Part shown: positions 35,530-45,129 of the stretch, piece by piece
Layout: each line of letters begins with the position of its first letter
Position numbering within the stretch: position 1 is the first letter of the stretch
Assembly (NCBI GenBank): GCA_032718475.1
Contig: JAUCBJ010003673.1
Location: forward strand, 3,246 to 67,245
Reading direction: 5' to 3'
Length of the DNA stretch: 64,000 nt
From: Nemertoderma westbladi
Lineage: Eukaryota > Animalia > Xenacoelomorpha
Translations under genes and position numbers: made by a program
Notes under the pieces: model-generated
Told to the model about the DNA's origin: nothing
What the model saw: the letters and a program-made list of their open reading frames with translations, nothing else
The model's database searches: none

Positions 35530-38202
35530 TTATTTACTAACATTTGTTGGAGATTTGTAGTCTCCAGACTCGTTTCGAGTCTCTTCAAGAAGTACGAGAC
35601 GTTGAGTCGGTCTGTCTACTGTACGACCGTCAATTGTCCGTACCGTCACAGTTCTTGTTACTCCATCCATAGATGGATGTGTGTCTAAAATTACACCTGT
35701 TATCCAGAAGCGTCTTTTTAGATTCACTTCTGCTAACAGCACGTGATCTCCCGGCTTTAATGCGCGGGTGTTATTGTACCATGTTGTTCTGGCAGAAATA
35801 GAGGGCAAATAATGGTTTTGCCATATTTCCCAGAATTTGTTAGCTAGTAGTTGCGTGATTTTCCACGCTTTTCTACCGTAGCTATCGCCTTCCATTGGAA
35901 AAGAAATAGGCGTCAAAGTAGTCGGTGCCTGCATAAGCAGGTGTGCCGGTGTCAAAGCAAACTGGGATTGTTTGTCATCGGGTACTAATACTATTGGTCT
36001 AGTATTTAGTATTGCCTCGATTTCAACAAATAGTGTTGTCAGTTGGTCGTCTGTCAATATGTGGTTTACTGGAATGACCTTTGCCATGGCTGTTTTTATA
36101 GATCTAATCAATCTCTCCCAGACTCCGCCTCTCCATGGACTATCTGGAGGATTAAACTTCCAAACAATCTTGTAAGGACGTAGTTCGTTTGAGATTTGAT
36201 CATGATCTAATTTCTTAAAGGCTCTAGCAATTTCATTTCGGGCACCAACAAAGTTTGTCCCTTGGTCTGAGTACAAGCATTTCACTAGTCCGCGTCTAGC
36301 GATAAATCGCCGCAATGCTAGTATAAACGCGTTGGTGGAAAGATCCATCACACGTTCAATATGAACTGCCCTACTGGACATACATGTGAAAATCAGTCCC
36401 CAGCGTTTTACTAGTATACGTCCACGTTTCGTATGTATGGGACCAAAGCAATCAATTCCAGTCTCTGTAAAAGGTGGTCTGAATGCTTGAAGTCGTGCTT
36501 GTGGAAGTTCACTCATTTCTTGAGTACCTATTCTAGAGTGTACCTTTTTACAAATAATACACGTACGTGTCACTGAACTTAACGCTTTACTGGGTCTAAT
36601 TAATACAAATCTTGTACGTAAGTAGGAAAGACAGTGGTGTCTTCCAGCGTGTTTCAGATGTAAATGTGCGTCCAGTATCATTGCATGTTGTAATTCGTGA
36701 TGCTGCGGTATTATTATTGGGTATCTAAAGTTTGTGTTAAAGTCAATGTTTTGAAGCCGAGATTTATGACAAATTAAGCCATTATAAATTATCGGACTCC
36801 AACTCAATATTGGTGACGACTTGATTGGTTGACCTTGATTTATAGATGTGAATTCGCGTGCGAAATATCGCAGTTGGTAATGGCGAATTAATTTAATTTC
36901 ACACCTGTCAATCTCAGTCAATGTAAGTCGACGTGTAAAGTCGCGTTTGCCTTTAACGTATTGTACAAAACGTACAATCCACGCTAATTTTCGGCAAGCG
37001 TTTGTCCAAGAGTCTGTTAGGTTTACAATACGGTCGACGTAAGTATTTGTGACGTCATCAGGTAAGTCAATGGAGAATTTGGAAGGTTTTGATTTACTAG
37101 AAGGGCCCACGGGTCCGCCGGTAGGTATTCCCTTGTTGACTGTTAATCCGTCCGGGTCTACAAGTAATTTGTCCTTCTTTGTTTTCTTACCTTGATTGTC
37201 AGTACTTTGTAAGTCGATCGTTAATGGTGGTTTGAACTCTATGGGGTCACTGGGTTTCGGTAAACTTATTTTTCTGCCGATATTAATCCCAGGTCTCACC
37301 ATAGGTTGCAAGTTTGGTATGTCTCTTGAGCGCAAAGTAACACCTGTATTTACATTAGCGTAGGTACTACCCACATCTGTAATACATGAGGTTTCACTGT
37401 GCTTATGGTTACTCAAGTGTGTCAAATTTGGTAGTTTGTCAATACAAGGCCGCTCCAATAGAGAAACTGCGGCTTTACTATTTGTCAATATGTTACTAGT
37501 GTCTGGTAGAACATTTTGTGACATGTCTGGTAGAATGTTTCGCGGAACATCCGGCGAAATATCTAGTGACGTGTCTGGCAAAACGTCTGGTTGACCGTCT
37601 AGTAACGCGTCTGGCGATACGTCTGGTAACGTGTCTGGTTGTTTGTCAATAGAAGGCCGCTCCAATAGAGAAACTGCGGCTTTACTATTTGTCAATATGT
37701 TACTAGTGTCTGGTAGAACATTTTGTGACGTGTCTGGTAGAATGTTTCGCGGAACATCCGGCGAAATATCTAGTGACGTGTCTGGCAAAACGTCTGGTTG
37801 ACCGTCTAGTAACGCGTCTGGCGATACGTCTGGTAACGTGTCTGGTTGTTTGTCAATAGAAGGCCGCTCCAATAGAGAAACTGCGGCTTTACTATATGTC
37901 AATAGGTTACTAGTGTCTGGTAGAACATTTTGTGACGTGTCTGGTAGAATGTTTCGCGGAACATCCGGCGAAATATCTAGTGACGTGTCTTGCAAAACGT
38001 CTGGTTGACCGTCTAGTAACGCGTCTGGTTGACCATCTAGCGATATGTCTGGTGTAGAAAGGCTCGCAAGTCTTCCGGCGTTATCATCTGTCATCGATGG
38101 AATCTCTGGCTGACTCGCCTTCTCCCCAAGTTCTAAACTCACCTGGTGGATTAGCTGCTCCTTGTGACTTATCGTATTAGCTACACACGTCGTACTTGTC
38201 AT
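35530..38202 (-). CDS. Pol segment: repeat linker plus integrase (H2C2, DDE core, DUF5641-like); no RT or RNase H
   Basis: HLHLKHAG...CIIC, GIDCFGP, SDQGTNFVG, GGVWERLI, EAILNTRP and DGVTRTVTVRT. No YxDD or RNase H motif upstream. Confidence 0.9.
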   Translation of the reverse strand: MTSTTCVANTISHKEQLIHQVSLELGEKASQPEIPSMTDDNAGRLASLSTPDISLDGQPDALLDGQPDVLQDTSLDISPDVPRNILPDTSQNVLPDTSNLLTYSKAAVSLLERPSIDKQPDTLPDVSPDALLDGQPDVLPDTSLDISPDVPRNILPDTSQNVLPDTSNILTNSKAAVSLLERPSIDKQPDTLPDVSPDALLDGQPDVLPDTSLDISPDVPRNILPDMSQNVLPDTSNILTNSKAAVSLLERPCIDKLPNLTHLSNHKHSETSCITDVGSTYANVNTGVTLRSRDIPNLQPMVRPGINIGRKISLPKPSDPIEFKPPLTIDLQSTDNQGKKTKKDKLLVDPDGLTVNKGIPTGGPVGPSSKSKPSKFSIDLPDDVTNTYVDRIVNLTDSWTNACRKLAWIVRFVQYVKGKRDFTRRLTLTEIDRCEIKLIRHYQLRYFAREFTSINQGQPIKSSPILSWSPIIYNGLICHKSRLQNIDFNTNFRYPIIIPQHHELQHAMILDAHLHLKHAGRHHCLSYLRTRFVLIRPSKALSSVTRTCIICKKVHSRIGTQEMSELPQARLQAFRPPFTETGIDCFGPIHTKRGRILVKRWGLIFTCMSSRAVHIERVMDLSTNAFILALRRFIARRGLVKCLYSDQGTNFVGARNEIARAFKKLDHDQISNELRPYKIVWKFNPPDSPWRGGVWERLIRSIKTAMAKVIPVNHILTDDQLTTLFVEIEAILNTRPIVLVPDDKQSQFALTPAHLLMQAPTTLTPISFPMEGDSYGRKAWKITQLLANKFWEIWQNHYLPSISARTTWYNNTRALKPGDHVLLAEVNLKRRFWITGVILDTHPSMDGVTRTVTVRTIDGRTVDRPTQRLVLLEETRNESGDYKSPTNVSK
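37437..38050 (-). repeat. In-frame 207-bp (69-aa) tandem repeat, three copies, built from 12-bp LPDx subrepeats
   Basis: AAGGCCGCTCCAATAGAGAAAC at 37446, 37653 and 37860. Confidence 0.93.
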
Positions 38203-38262
38203 GTTGTCGTGTTTTATCGACGCTTGTGTAGTATAGTCTCGGTCGTGTGAAAGGGAATGAGT

Positions 38263-39603
38263 CTAAGTTGTAGTTAATAAACTACATGTACTTTGTATAT
38301 CGTCTTCCTCGTCACTTATATCCAGTGTGCGCACAGGCGCTCGAGTATACCACCCTATCGGCGTTCTACAGGCGTATGTGTTTCCCGCTACGACTGCCGA
38401 TGGTCTGGTTTCCCACACTTGATGTAGGTTGAATTGATCTGTCCCGATCAGCATTGCTACCGACCTATAGTTGACAGGACATTCAGGTACACCAAGGTGT
38501 CTGAAGTACTTACGGTCCTCCAAGGATTGTTCTGGGACAGGACCTAGTAGGTTACTAAAGTCCTTTGTGGCCGGAAAGGTTAAATCTTTAAAGGGTAACA
38601 AAGACCTCTCCTTTTCGCTATGTTGCGATTTCGGAAGAAGAGTGTCTAAGTTCAACTTAACTCGTGTCACTGGTATTGCACGTTGTCCATGCATACTACT
38701 TACGGTGTAACTGACGTTCTTACCTTGTCGGAGATCCGTCACAACATCAGCTACTTTCTCATCCACGTAGCTATGAGATGAGGCTGAATCCAGGATAGCG
38801 TAGATCCTTTTGCTCCCTTTGGTGCCAGTAATCTTGACAGGAATTATACTAAACCCCTTTAGTTGATCAGGCGTCAGAAGCGCAATCGATGGTTGTTCGT
38901 CTCCAGTATCAAAGTAAACGTCTTCGTCTTCCGACTCTTCATCCGACGATCCTGATTGTTCCGAGAAGCAATCTCTAATGTATGTCACGAAAGTCGGTGT
39001 TGTTTTTGACTCTCGACCCTTATATGCTGTGTTGCATCTTGCTGCCGCTTCCGGGTGTTCCCTGGTGAAGCGTTTGGTCGGCGTATGACTGTCTGTGTGG
39101 AGCAAACCGTCATGGTTGCGTCCACAGGAAGGACAGATGTCTGTATTTGGGCAGTCTTTACGGACATGTCCATGTAGCGTACACCGCCAACAAGAGTCCA
39201 ATGGCCGTATTTGCAGTCGTTGTTCCTCCGAGTTCAATTCGCGGAATAGTCGACAACCTCTCAGTTTATGGCTAGTATGTCGTTTACCTAGCCGTTCGCA
39301 ATATTGGCAACTGCTAAAGTCTGTGCTCAGTTGCTGTCGGATCTGTTTGGTTCCAATTGGTGCGGATACCTTATTACTGTCCGAAAATTGTCGGGTGTCG
39401 GTCGATGTTGCGTAGGTAACCGTCTTTGTGGATGTCATCGGTGGTTTTTGTCTGTTGGAGGATGGTAAGGTTATTCCTTCTGCCACAATATGTTGGTCCG
39501 TGTAGTTCGAACGCGTCTCGACTACTGCCTCTCTGGATATCATTAAGTAGACGTCTTCCAACTTCAAGAATCCGCCCCTCTCTTCTCGCTGATATTCTAT
39601 CTT
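38263..39603 (-). CDS. Gag nucleocapsid knuckles plus aspartic protease (in frame with the flanking ORFs)
   Basis: CQYC..H..C, CWRCTLHGHVRKDC and CPSCGRNHDGLLH (BEL pattern); AILDSASSHS active site, MLIGTD and RTPIGW. Separated from each neighbour by one in-frame stop. Confidence 0.88.
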   Translation of the reverse strand, partial: KIEYQREERGGFLKLEDVYLMISREAVVETRSNYTDQHIVAEGITLPSSNRQKPPMTSTKTVTYATSTDTRQFSDSNKVSAPIGTKQIRQQLSTDFSSCQYCERLGKRHTSHKLRGCRLFRELNSEEQRLQIRPLDSCWRCTLHGHVRKDCPNTDICPSCGRNHDGLLHTDSHTPTKRFTREHPEAAARCNTAYKGRESKTTPTFVTYIRDCFSEQSGSSDEESEDEDVYFDTGDEQPSIALLTPDQLKGFSIIPVKITGTKGSKRIYAILDSASSHSYVDEKVADVVTDLRQGKNVSYTVSSMHGQRAIPVTRVKLNLDTLLPKSQHSEKERSLLPFKDLTFPATKDFSNLLGPVPEQSLEDRKYFRHLGVPECPVNYRSVAMLIGTDQFNLHQVWETRPSAVVAGNTYACRTPIGWYTRAPVRTLDISDEEDDIQSTCSLLTTT

Positions 39604-42399
39604 TCACCACTCCCGACGAAGTCGATGGTGTAATCTTCCTATTATTTTCAATAGGACTGTCGGAGTGTTCGCGTAGTCAAGTTGTCCAATCGAGCGTAGT
39701 GTAGTAATGGCGTTTTTAATCTCGTCAGCTAATTTCAGTAAGTCAACGGGTTTTGTTATAGCCCCCCCCTTACAGAGTTCTTCTATCACTGACTTAGCCA
39801 TGCTTACAGTGCCTCCGTAAATCGAAGTTAAGCGATCGTACGCTAGTTCGAAGGCGTCTGGTACACCGACAAAGGTCTCCGCTAGACGTTTCGGTTCTCC
39901 CGTCAGCGTTTGTAGCAGGTAGTTGAATTTCTCCCTCGATGTAAAGGCGCACGTTGCTATTTGGGTTTCGATGTAGTCCACAAAGGTGTGCCAATGTTTC
40001 GAGTTACCGGAAAACTTAGGTGGTTGTTGCACCGGTAATCCTTGTCTGGCTGCGAATTTCGCTATCTCCTCGGCCACGTTCAAAGTTTCGCGTCCTTGGT
40101 TGGCAATCGAGTTGATGTTCTCTCGTCTTGGCGCTTTTCCTTGATACGAGGTGTTTCTCGAGGGTTGTTTTCTTTGCTGCTTCGGGTGTCTAGAGTGTTC
40201 GAACTCGTTACCTCGCGAACTATCAGTTTGAGTTTCTTCTAAACGTTCTTCTATCTGGGCCAACTTGTCTACAACTGGTCGCATTAGATCGGCGAATTGT
40301 TGCGTACTAATCGCGTCTGTTGGTTGTAACGCTTTCTGTGTTGGTGTATTGTGTGGAGGATTATCGATAAAGGAGTTATCTGAACGCTCACGTTTATATT
40401 CGTCGGCCGCTCCTGTTCTAAATACCTCGCGTTCCGGGTAATCCGACTCGCTTGAAGTACTACTGTCACCTGGATACGGTGGTCGACGTGCTCGCGTCCG
40501 TTGTGTCGTTCGAATTCTAACATTCCGTTTCGGAACATCATCCACTGTTCTCCGTTGTTTGGTAGGCTCACAAGTCTTCCTCGAAGTTGTAGATTGCGAT
40601 GTAAACTGATTAAACGGTGGTCGAATGACAGCGTTTGAATCTAAAGGCCTTGTAGGCCTAAACGTCATTGGGTACGTGTAATGCATAACGGGTTTTGGTG
40701 TCGAAGGTGGACTCACCTGTTTTGTCGTCAGTGGTGCAGGTCCGGTCAACAAACTACTACGATCTGTAATCGGTGGGTTACTTACCTTGACTTTCAGAAT
40801 GGGCGACGACGTTGCTCTTGGCGGTGTAAACTTGTCCGGAATAACAAACCTGTGTTCCGTCGCACCATGGATAGGAGAAATATTACTACTACCAGCAATC
40901 GAAACAGGTTCCTTAGTCGTAATCGGTGCAAACATAGGAGTTACTTGAGGGAATCTTTGACATAAGTCTTTTACCAATTGTCTTTCTCGCCCAGGTGCCC
41001 CTACACTTCCTTCCTTCATTCGTTCCTGAATTTGGCGGTGCCTTACCTCTATCTGGTCCAAATCATGTCCGTCACGAGATCTCATCGATCGATCGCAGGC
41101 TTGTAGATCCAGATCTTCCTTCGCGTTGGCTAATTCTCTCGCCTTCTTCTCGAGTTCGAAATGAAGTTTAACTTCTTTCTCGCGTTGTTCCGTCTGTTGT
41201 TGTTGCGCCTCGAACTCCGCTTGTCGTATAGCTGATTGAGCCTTTATTTGCCGTTTTTTCATCTCAGCTCTTACTTCCGAAATACGCTTGTGTTCTTCCA
41301 ACGCTGCTGCTCGTCGCTCTAAATCAGCCGCTGCCGCTTGTCGTTCCAACTCAGCTGCTGCCGCTTGTTGCACTAACTCAGCTGCCGCTGTTCGCTGTGC
41401 TATTTCTAGCTCCAACCTTTCCATCTCACCCGCTTCCAACTCGGCTTGTTCTTGCAGCTGAGAGATTCTCGCAACATTTGCAACGCGTAGTTTTTCTTCT
41501 TCTACCGCCGCTTGTGCCGTCAACAGTTGAGTTTGTTCCTCAATTTCCCGTTGTTGTCTATAGTGCTGTTGTTGCTGTCTGGAAATTTCTGACGTCACTA
41601 TACTTACCTCGCCAATTTCGCTGCGAATACTCACTAACGATTGGTCCAGTATTCCCGGTGCCGATTCGATTTGTACGGGTGAAGTTTCCCTCGTATATTC
41701 CGGCACGGTTTCCAAATCGCCGACGTCTTCGCCGCACATACGTAAGTGGTCCGTCAGATGTTTCAATTGTCCATCCAGTCGGTACAGTTCCTGTTCTTCC
41801 TCGGGCTGCAATAATTCGTCCGAAACTGACTCACCTAACAACTGGTCCGCTTGTTCCTGTTGTATCTGCCTAATCGTCGACTTAAACTGAATCAGTTTCT
41901 CTCTAGCGATCATTAGTTTCTCGAGGATTCTAAGTTGAGTATCCACGTCCTGTCTCTGTCTAGCTAGATCTTGTAGACCAATTAGATTATCTACGGACTT
42001 ATGTACTCTACTTTGTACTCTAACCTGGAGGGTGTAGAACTCAAACCGAGACATCGGAGCGGTTAACTCGTCTAATATGCGTTGGCCTTCCCCAATACTC
42101 CTGGTAATATGCGCCATGTAGCCTCCGACGCTTCTAACCACACTCTCCTGGCTTCCTACTGAACTTACCATGTCCGTTTCCCTGTATCTAGGTTGCGGAA
42201 CAGTTAGAAAGTCCTCGGTCCTGCCGTCGCCTCGTACTACGGCATCCGGTACTCCCGTTGGATGTACTGGTGACGCACACGGTGTAGGTTCGGTAGGCTC
42301 GCGAGTCTTCCCCTGTAGTTCTTCCGCTGCTGACTTATCTCCGTCGCATGAGTCATAGTCGGTAGGTGTATTCTTCGTATAGTCTTGTTTGTCACTCAT
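39604..42399 (-). CDS. Gag (long coiled-coil N-terminus plus DUF1759-like capsid region)
   Basis: 931-aa ORF containing PPKFSGNSKHWHTFVDYIE..EKFNYLLQTLTGEPKRL..AYDRLTSIYG. Confidence 0.88.
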   Translation of the reverse strand: MSDKQDYTKNTPTDYDSCDGDKSAAEELQGKTREPTEPTPCASPVHPTGVPDAVVRGDGRTEDFLTVPQPRYRETDMVSSVGSQESVVRSVGGYMAHITRSIGEGQRILDELTAPMSRFEFYTLQVRVQSRVHKSVDNLIGLQDLARQRQDVDTQLRILEKLMIAREKLIQFKSTIRQIQQEQADQLLGESVSDELLQPEEEQELYRLDGQLKHLTDHLRMCGEDVGDLETVPEYTRETSPVQIESAPGILDQSLVSIRSEIGEVSIVTSEISRQQQQHYRQQREIEEQTQLLTAQAAVEEEKLRVANVARISQLQEQAELEAGEMERLELEIAQRTAAAELVQQAAAAELERQAAAADLERRAAALEEHKRISEVRAEMKKRQIKAQSAIRQAEFEAQQQQTEQREKEVKLHFELEKKARELANAKEDLDLQACDRSMRSRDGHDLDQIEVRHRQIQERMKEGSVGAPGRERQLVKDLCQRFPQVTPMFAPITTKEPVSIAGSSNISPIHGATEHRFVIPDKFTPPRATSSPILKVKVSNPPITDRSSLLTGPAPLTTKQVSPPSTPKPVMHYTYPMTFRPTRPLDSNAVIRPPFNQFTSQSTTSRKTCEPTKQRRTVDDVPKRNVRIRTTQRTRARRPPYPGDSSTSSESDYPEREVFRTGAADEYKRERSDNSFIDNPPHNTPTQKALQPTDAISTQQFADLMRPVVDKLAQIEERLEETQTDSSRGNEFEHSRHPKQQRKQPSRNTSYQGKAPRRENINSIANQGRETLNVAEEIAKFAARQGLPVQQPPKFSGNSKHWHTFVDYIETQIATCAFTSREKFNYLLQTLTGEPKRLAETFVGVPDAFELAYDRLTSIYGGTVSMAKSVIEELCKGGAITKPVDLLKLADEIKNAITTLRSIGQLDYANTPTVLLKIIGRLHHRLRREW

Positions 42400-42485
42400 T
42401 TCGGTAGTTGTAAGTCAAGTAAAATGTGAGTGTCAAAGTATCAAATTTACCGTATTTATATTTAAACGGTACTAATTACAGTCAT

Positions 42486-42620
42486 ATAAAATTAGCCTAC
42501 CGGCCGATTTTATAGCAGATGGATAAAATTAGCCTAAGCGGCCAATTTTACAGCAAATAAATGTCACGGAATAAGTATATAATAAAATTAGCCTAGCAGC
42601 CAATTTTATAACAAATAAAT
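42486..42620 (-). repeat. Three ~30-bp direct repeats in the element leader
   Basis: TAAAATTAGCCTAxCxGCCxATTTTAxAxCAxAT at ~42487, 42524 and 42583. Confidence 0.7.
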
Positions 42621-43188
42621 CGGATAACGATATGCGTTATCAAAAGGTAAATTAAATACAATAATACGGACTAATTCAGCAATGAACAAAGAAATCGTAC
42701 AGAATGCATAAATACTTGAGACAGTGGAACCCACAATAATTTTAACTAATACGGTAATGCCTAACTTATTTATGCAACTTTTCAAACTCACCCACTCCAA
42801 TGATTCTCCAGAAAAACAGATTCCCAGATACAAACCGGACGTGAACCTTTCCGTTTCCAGCGTTGCGGACGAAGTGCGATTTTCCCAACCAAAGTTGTTG
42901 GGTTATCTATCTCCCAAACTTGCTAAACACGGTCTTGCTCTCGTTACAGTCTAGAAATGAGTTCTGAATCCTGAAAAAACAAAAGAGTTAGGTTTTACTT
43001 TTACGAAAATTTTGTACCGGTACAATATGGTATTTAAACCCTTTTAAACACCGGTATTCAATTCCAAAATATTTTACACGCGGTTCAAATCAAATTTTAT
43101 TTCAAAAAATTAGCACTTAGCTAATCAAATATAAATTTTACCTCAAAATACAAAAATTTTCAAATAACTTTAGTCCTACCGAACCGTA

Positions 43189-45129
43189 GTTCAGTAAAAC
43201 ATATTCCTACTAAATGAAGAGACAGTAACAAATACACGAATCCTGCAATATCATACTATAAAGTTTGTGAATCAAATCATAAATCCGACCTTCTCACCAA
43301 AACAGTAAACTCCAAGTAGGCGAATATATTGCAGTATCGGTCTCTTATAACCGGTGAGGCAGAAAACAGTCTACGAATGGACAAACTTCGATAAAACAAA
43401 ATCCCGCGCAGCGAATCCTAAAATCAGGCTGACTCACTGACGGACTAAGGGGCTCGTATACTTTGCCGCGGTGTGATTTATATGGTTGGGCGAAAAGGAC
43501 GCTAGCTAGGTGCAGAGATCTGGAGATGTCTAACTAGCGGGCAAAGTGCAGTACGGACAAAAGTTAATTTTATATATTTTGAGGTGTAAATAATTTCTAA
43601 CGTGCGTGTGTTAATTCTGAACCATCAAGATCAGTTTTGCTCCTTGATATATATAATTACTGGGTACGGTGTGCATTTTACGAATATTCTAATTTTGTAA
43701 CTTGTAGGTCCAATACTCACGAATGATAAGGCTCCTTCCCCTCTTGCGTATTTCCAGGACTCAAATTCAGGCATAAGATTAATGCTACGCCCAGAATTCG
43801 GCAATTTTAATTTACCAGGTCCCTAATACTAAGAAGAAATGTGTTAGTTTACTACAGTAGGCGTACGGTTACTAATAGCTAGCCTGGCGTCCTATCTAGA
43901 ATTTTGGTTACCTAGGTGGGCTTGGTAACTTCCTATCAGGATGTCGGCGGGGACACGGTAGATGTTAGTATCCCTAAACAGCCTCAATTTATTTGCGCCT
44001 AGTCGTAAACTGCCCTACCGCCTGAACGGTACAATCCTAATTCAGGTGAAACACAGTAACCCTCCTGGCCTACAAGTTATAATGCAATGGACACCGTTGT
44101 ACTACAAATAGTCACAGACGCACCTGCACTTAGCAAGAGTTAGGCGTACAGTTTGCTGCACCCTACCAATGTGTATGCTTTGTACCGGTGTGCCTATGTC
44201 CTATCTGCGTACTAGTATCTCTGCCTGCTCTCCCCCGTAGGAATATGAAGGTCTACTGCGGTTTTTTCCTGAATTAAAACAGTACAGTCCCTAGATGTAA
44301 TTTTAGGCGTACAGCGTGTCACTACCTCTACCTTCGATCTTTGGTCTTATACTTAGGTAGCAAGGCATCGAACGCTGTCTAACCTTTCAGGCGATGGGCG
44401 AATAACTAAGAGTGATATTGCGGGTTGTCTCCTGTCTACATTCCTTAGATGTTCCCGTTCATTGCTGTGGCCCGATGTTTAGCCAGCCATCCTGTCCCTC
44501 AGTTGAGTTCACCGTGGTGAAGCATAGTAAAACAGATAGAAAAAGGGCAGATTAGCGATAATTCTGACTTTATTAAAGAAGATATACATAAACGTAACAA
44601 GAAACTAATAGATAACTAATAAAGATAATCTAAAGCACGAATGATTGAGATATAGACTGAGGTTTAGATATGTATAACTAATGAACGAAATCGCACCTTT
44701 TATACCAAATTTGTGCCGCAATCAATCGAGAAAATTCTCGATTGTTCTATGAGTTCTAACAGGTTTTTAAAGATAGCTATTGGTCCAACGAATATATAAC
44801 TTGTACGACATTGGTTACAATCTAATAACTACAATCTCATTGGTTAATCTTACTTCGAGCAAATGCAATTAATTTGTAGCGGTCAATTTAAATGAGTTGA
44901 AATTCTGCACGCACAAAAAATAATTCGCACCTACTAGGATTCGAACTCAATACACACTACATATAATTTCCAACGCTCTACCGACTGAGCTACTGGACCA
45001 CTTGAATAATCATCGTACAAATAGATATAGCAAATACAAATGAGGACTTAATGTAATCTTTTAACAAAGTTAATTCGAATAAAATAAAAATTTTGAAAAT
45101 CCACGGCATTTAGAGAATATAATTCTATA
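43189..45129 (-). repeat. 5' LTR (~1940 bp)
   Basis: Direct repeat of 28933-30501, with additional segments at ~43757-44069 and ~44340-44393. Confidence 0.93.
44915..44999 (-). promoter_or_regulatory. tRNA-derived Pol III cassette in U3 of the 5' LTR
   Basis: Same A box, B box and T6 as 30287-30371. Confidence 0.7.

Larger units (their letters stand above)
28933..45129 (-). mobile_element. BEL/Pao-type LTR retrotransposon, 16.2 kb, RT/RNase H-less, with an extra ORF
   Basis: Two long near-identical direct repeats. Internal Gag (DUF1759-like), BEL-type triple Cys/His knuckle, aspartic protease, and integrase with DUF5641-like C-terminus. Confidence 0.92.

Noticed and set aside
43171-43187. 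TAGTCCTACCGAACCG as a tRNA-Tyr-like PBS
   Set aside because: Wrong strand relative to the ORFs and LTR, and only a loose match; probably coincidental.
43757-44393. LTR indels as spliced-out introns
   Set aside because: The boundaries are not GT-AG on either strand.
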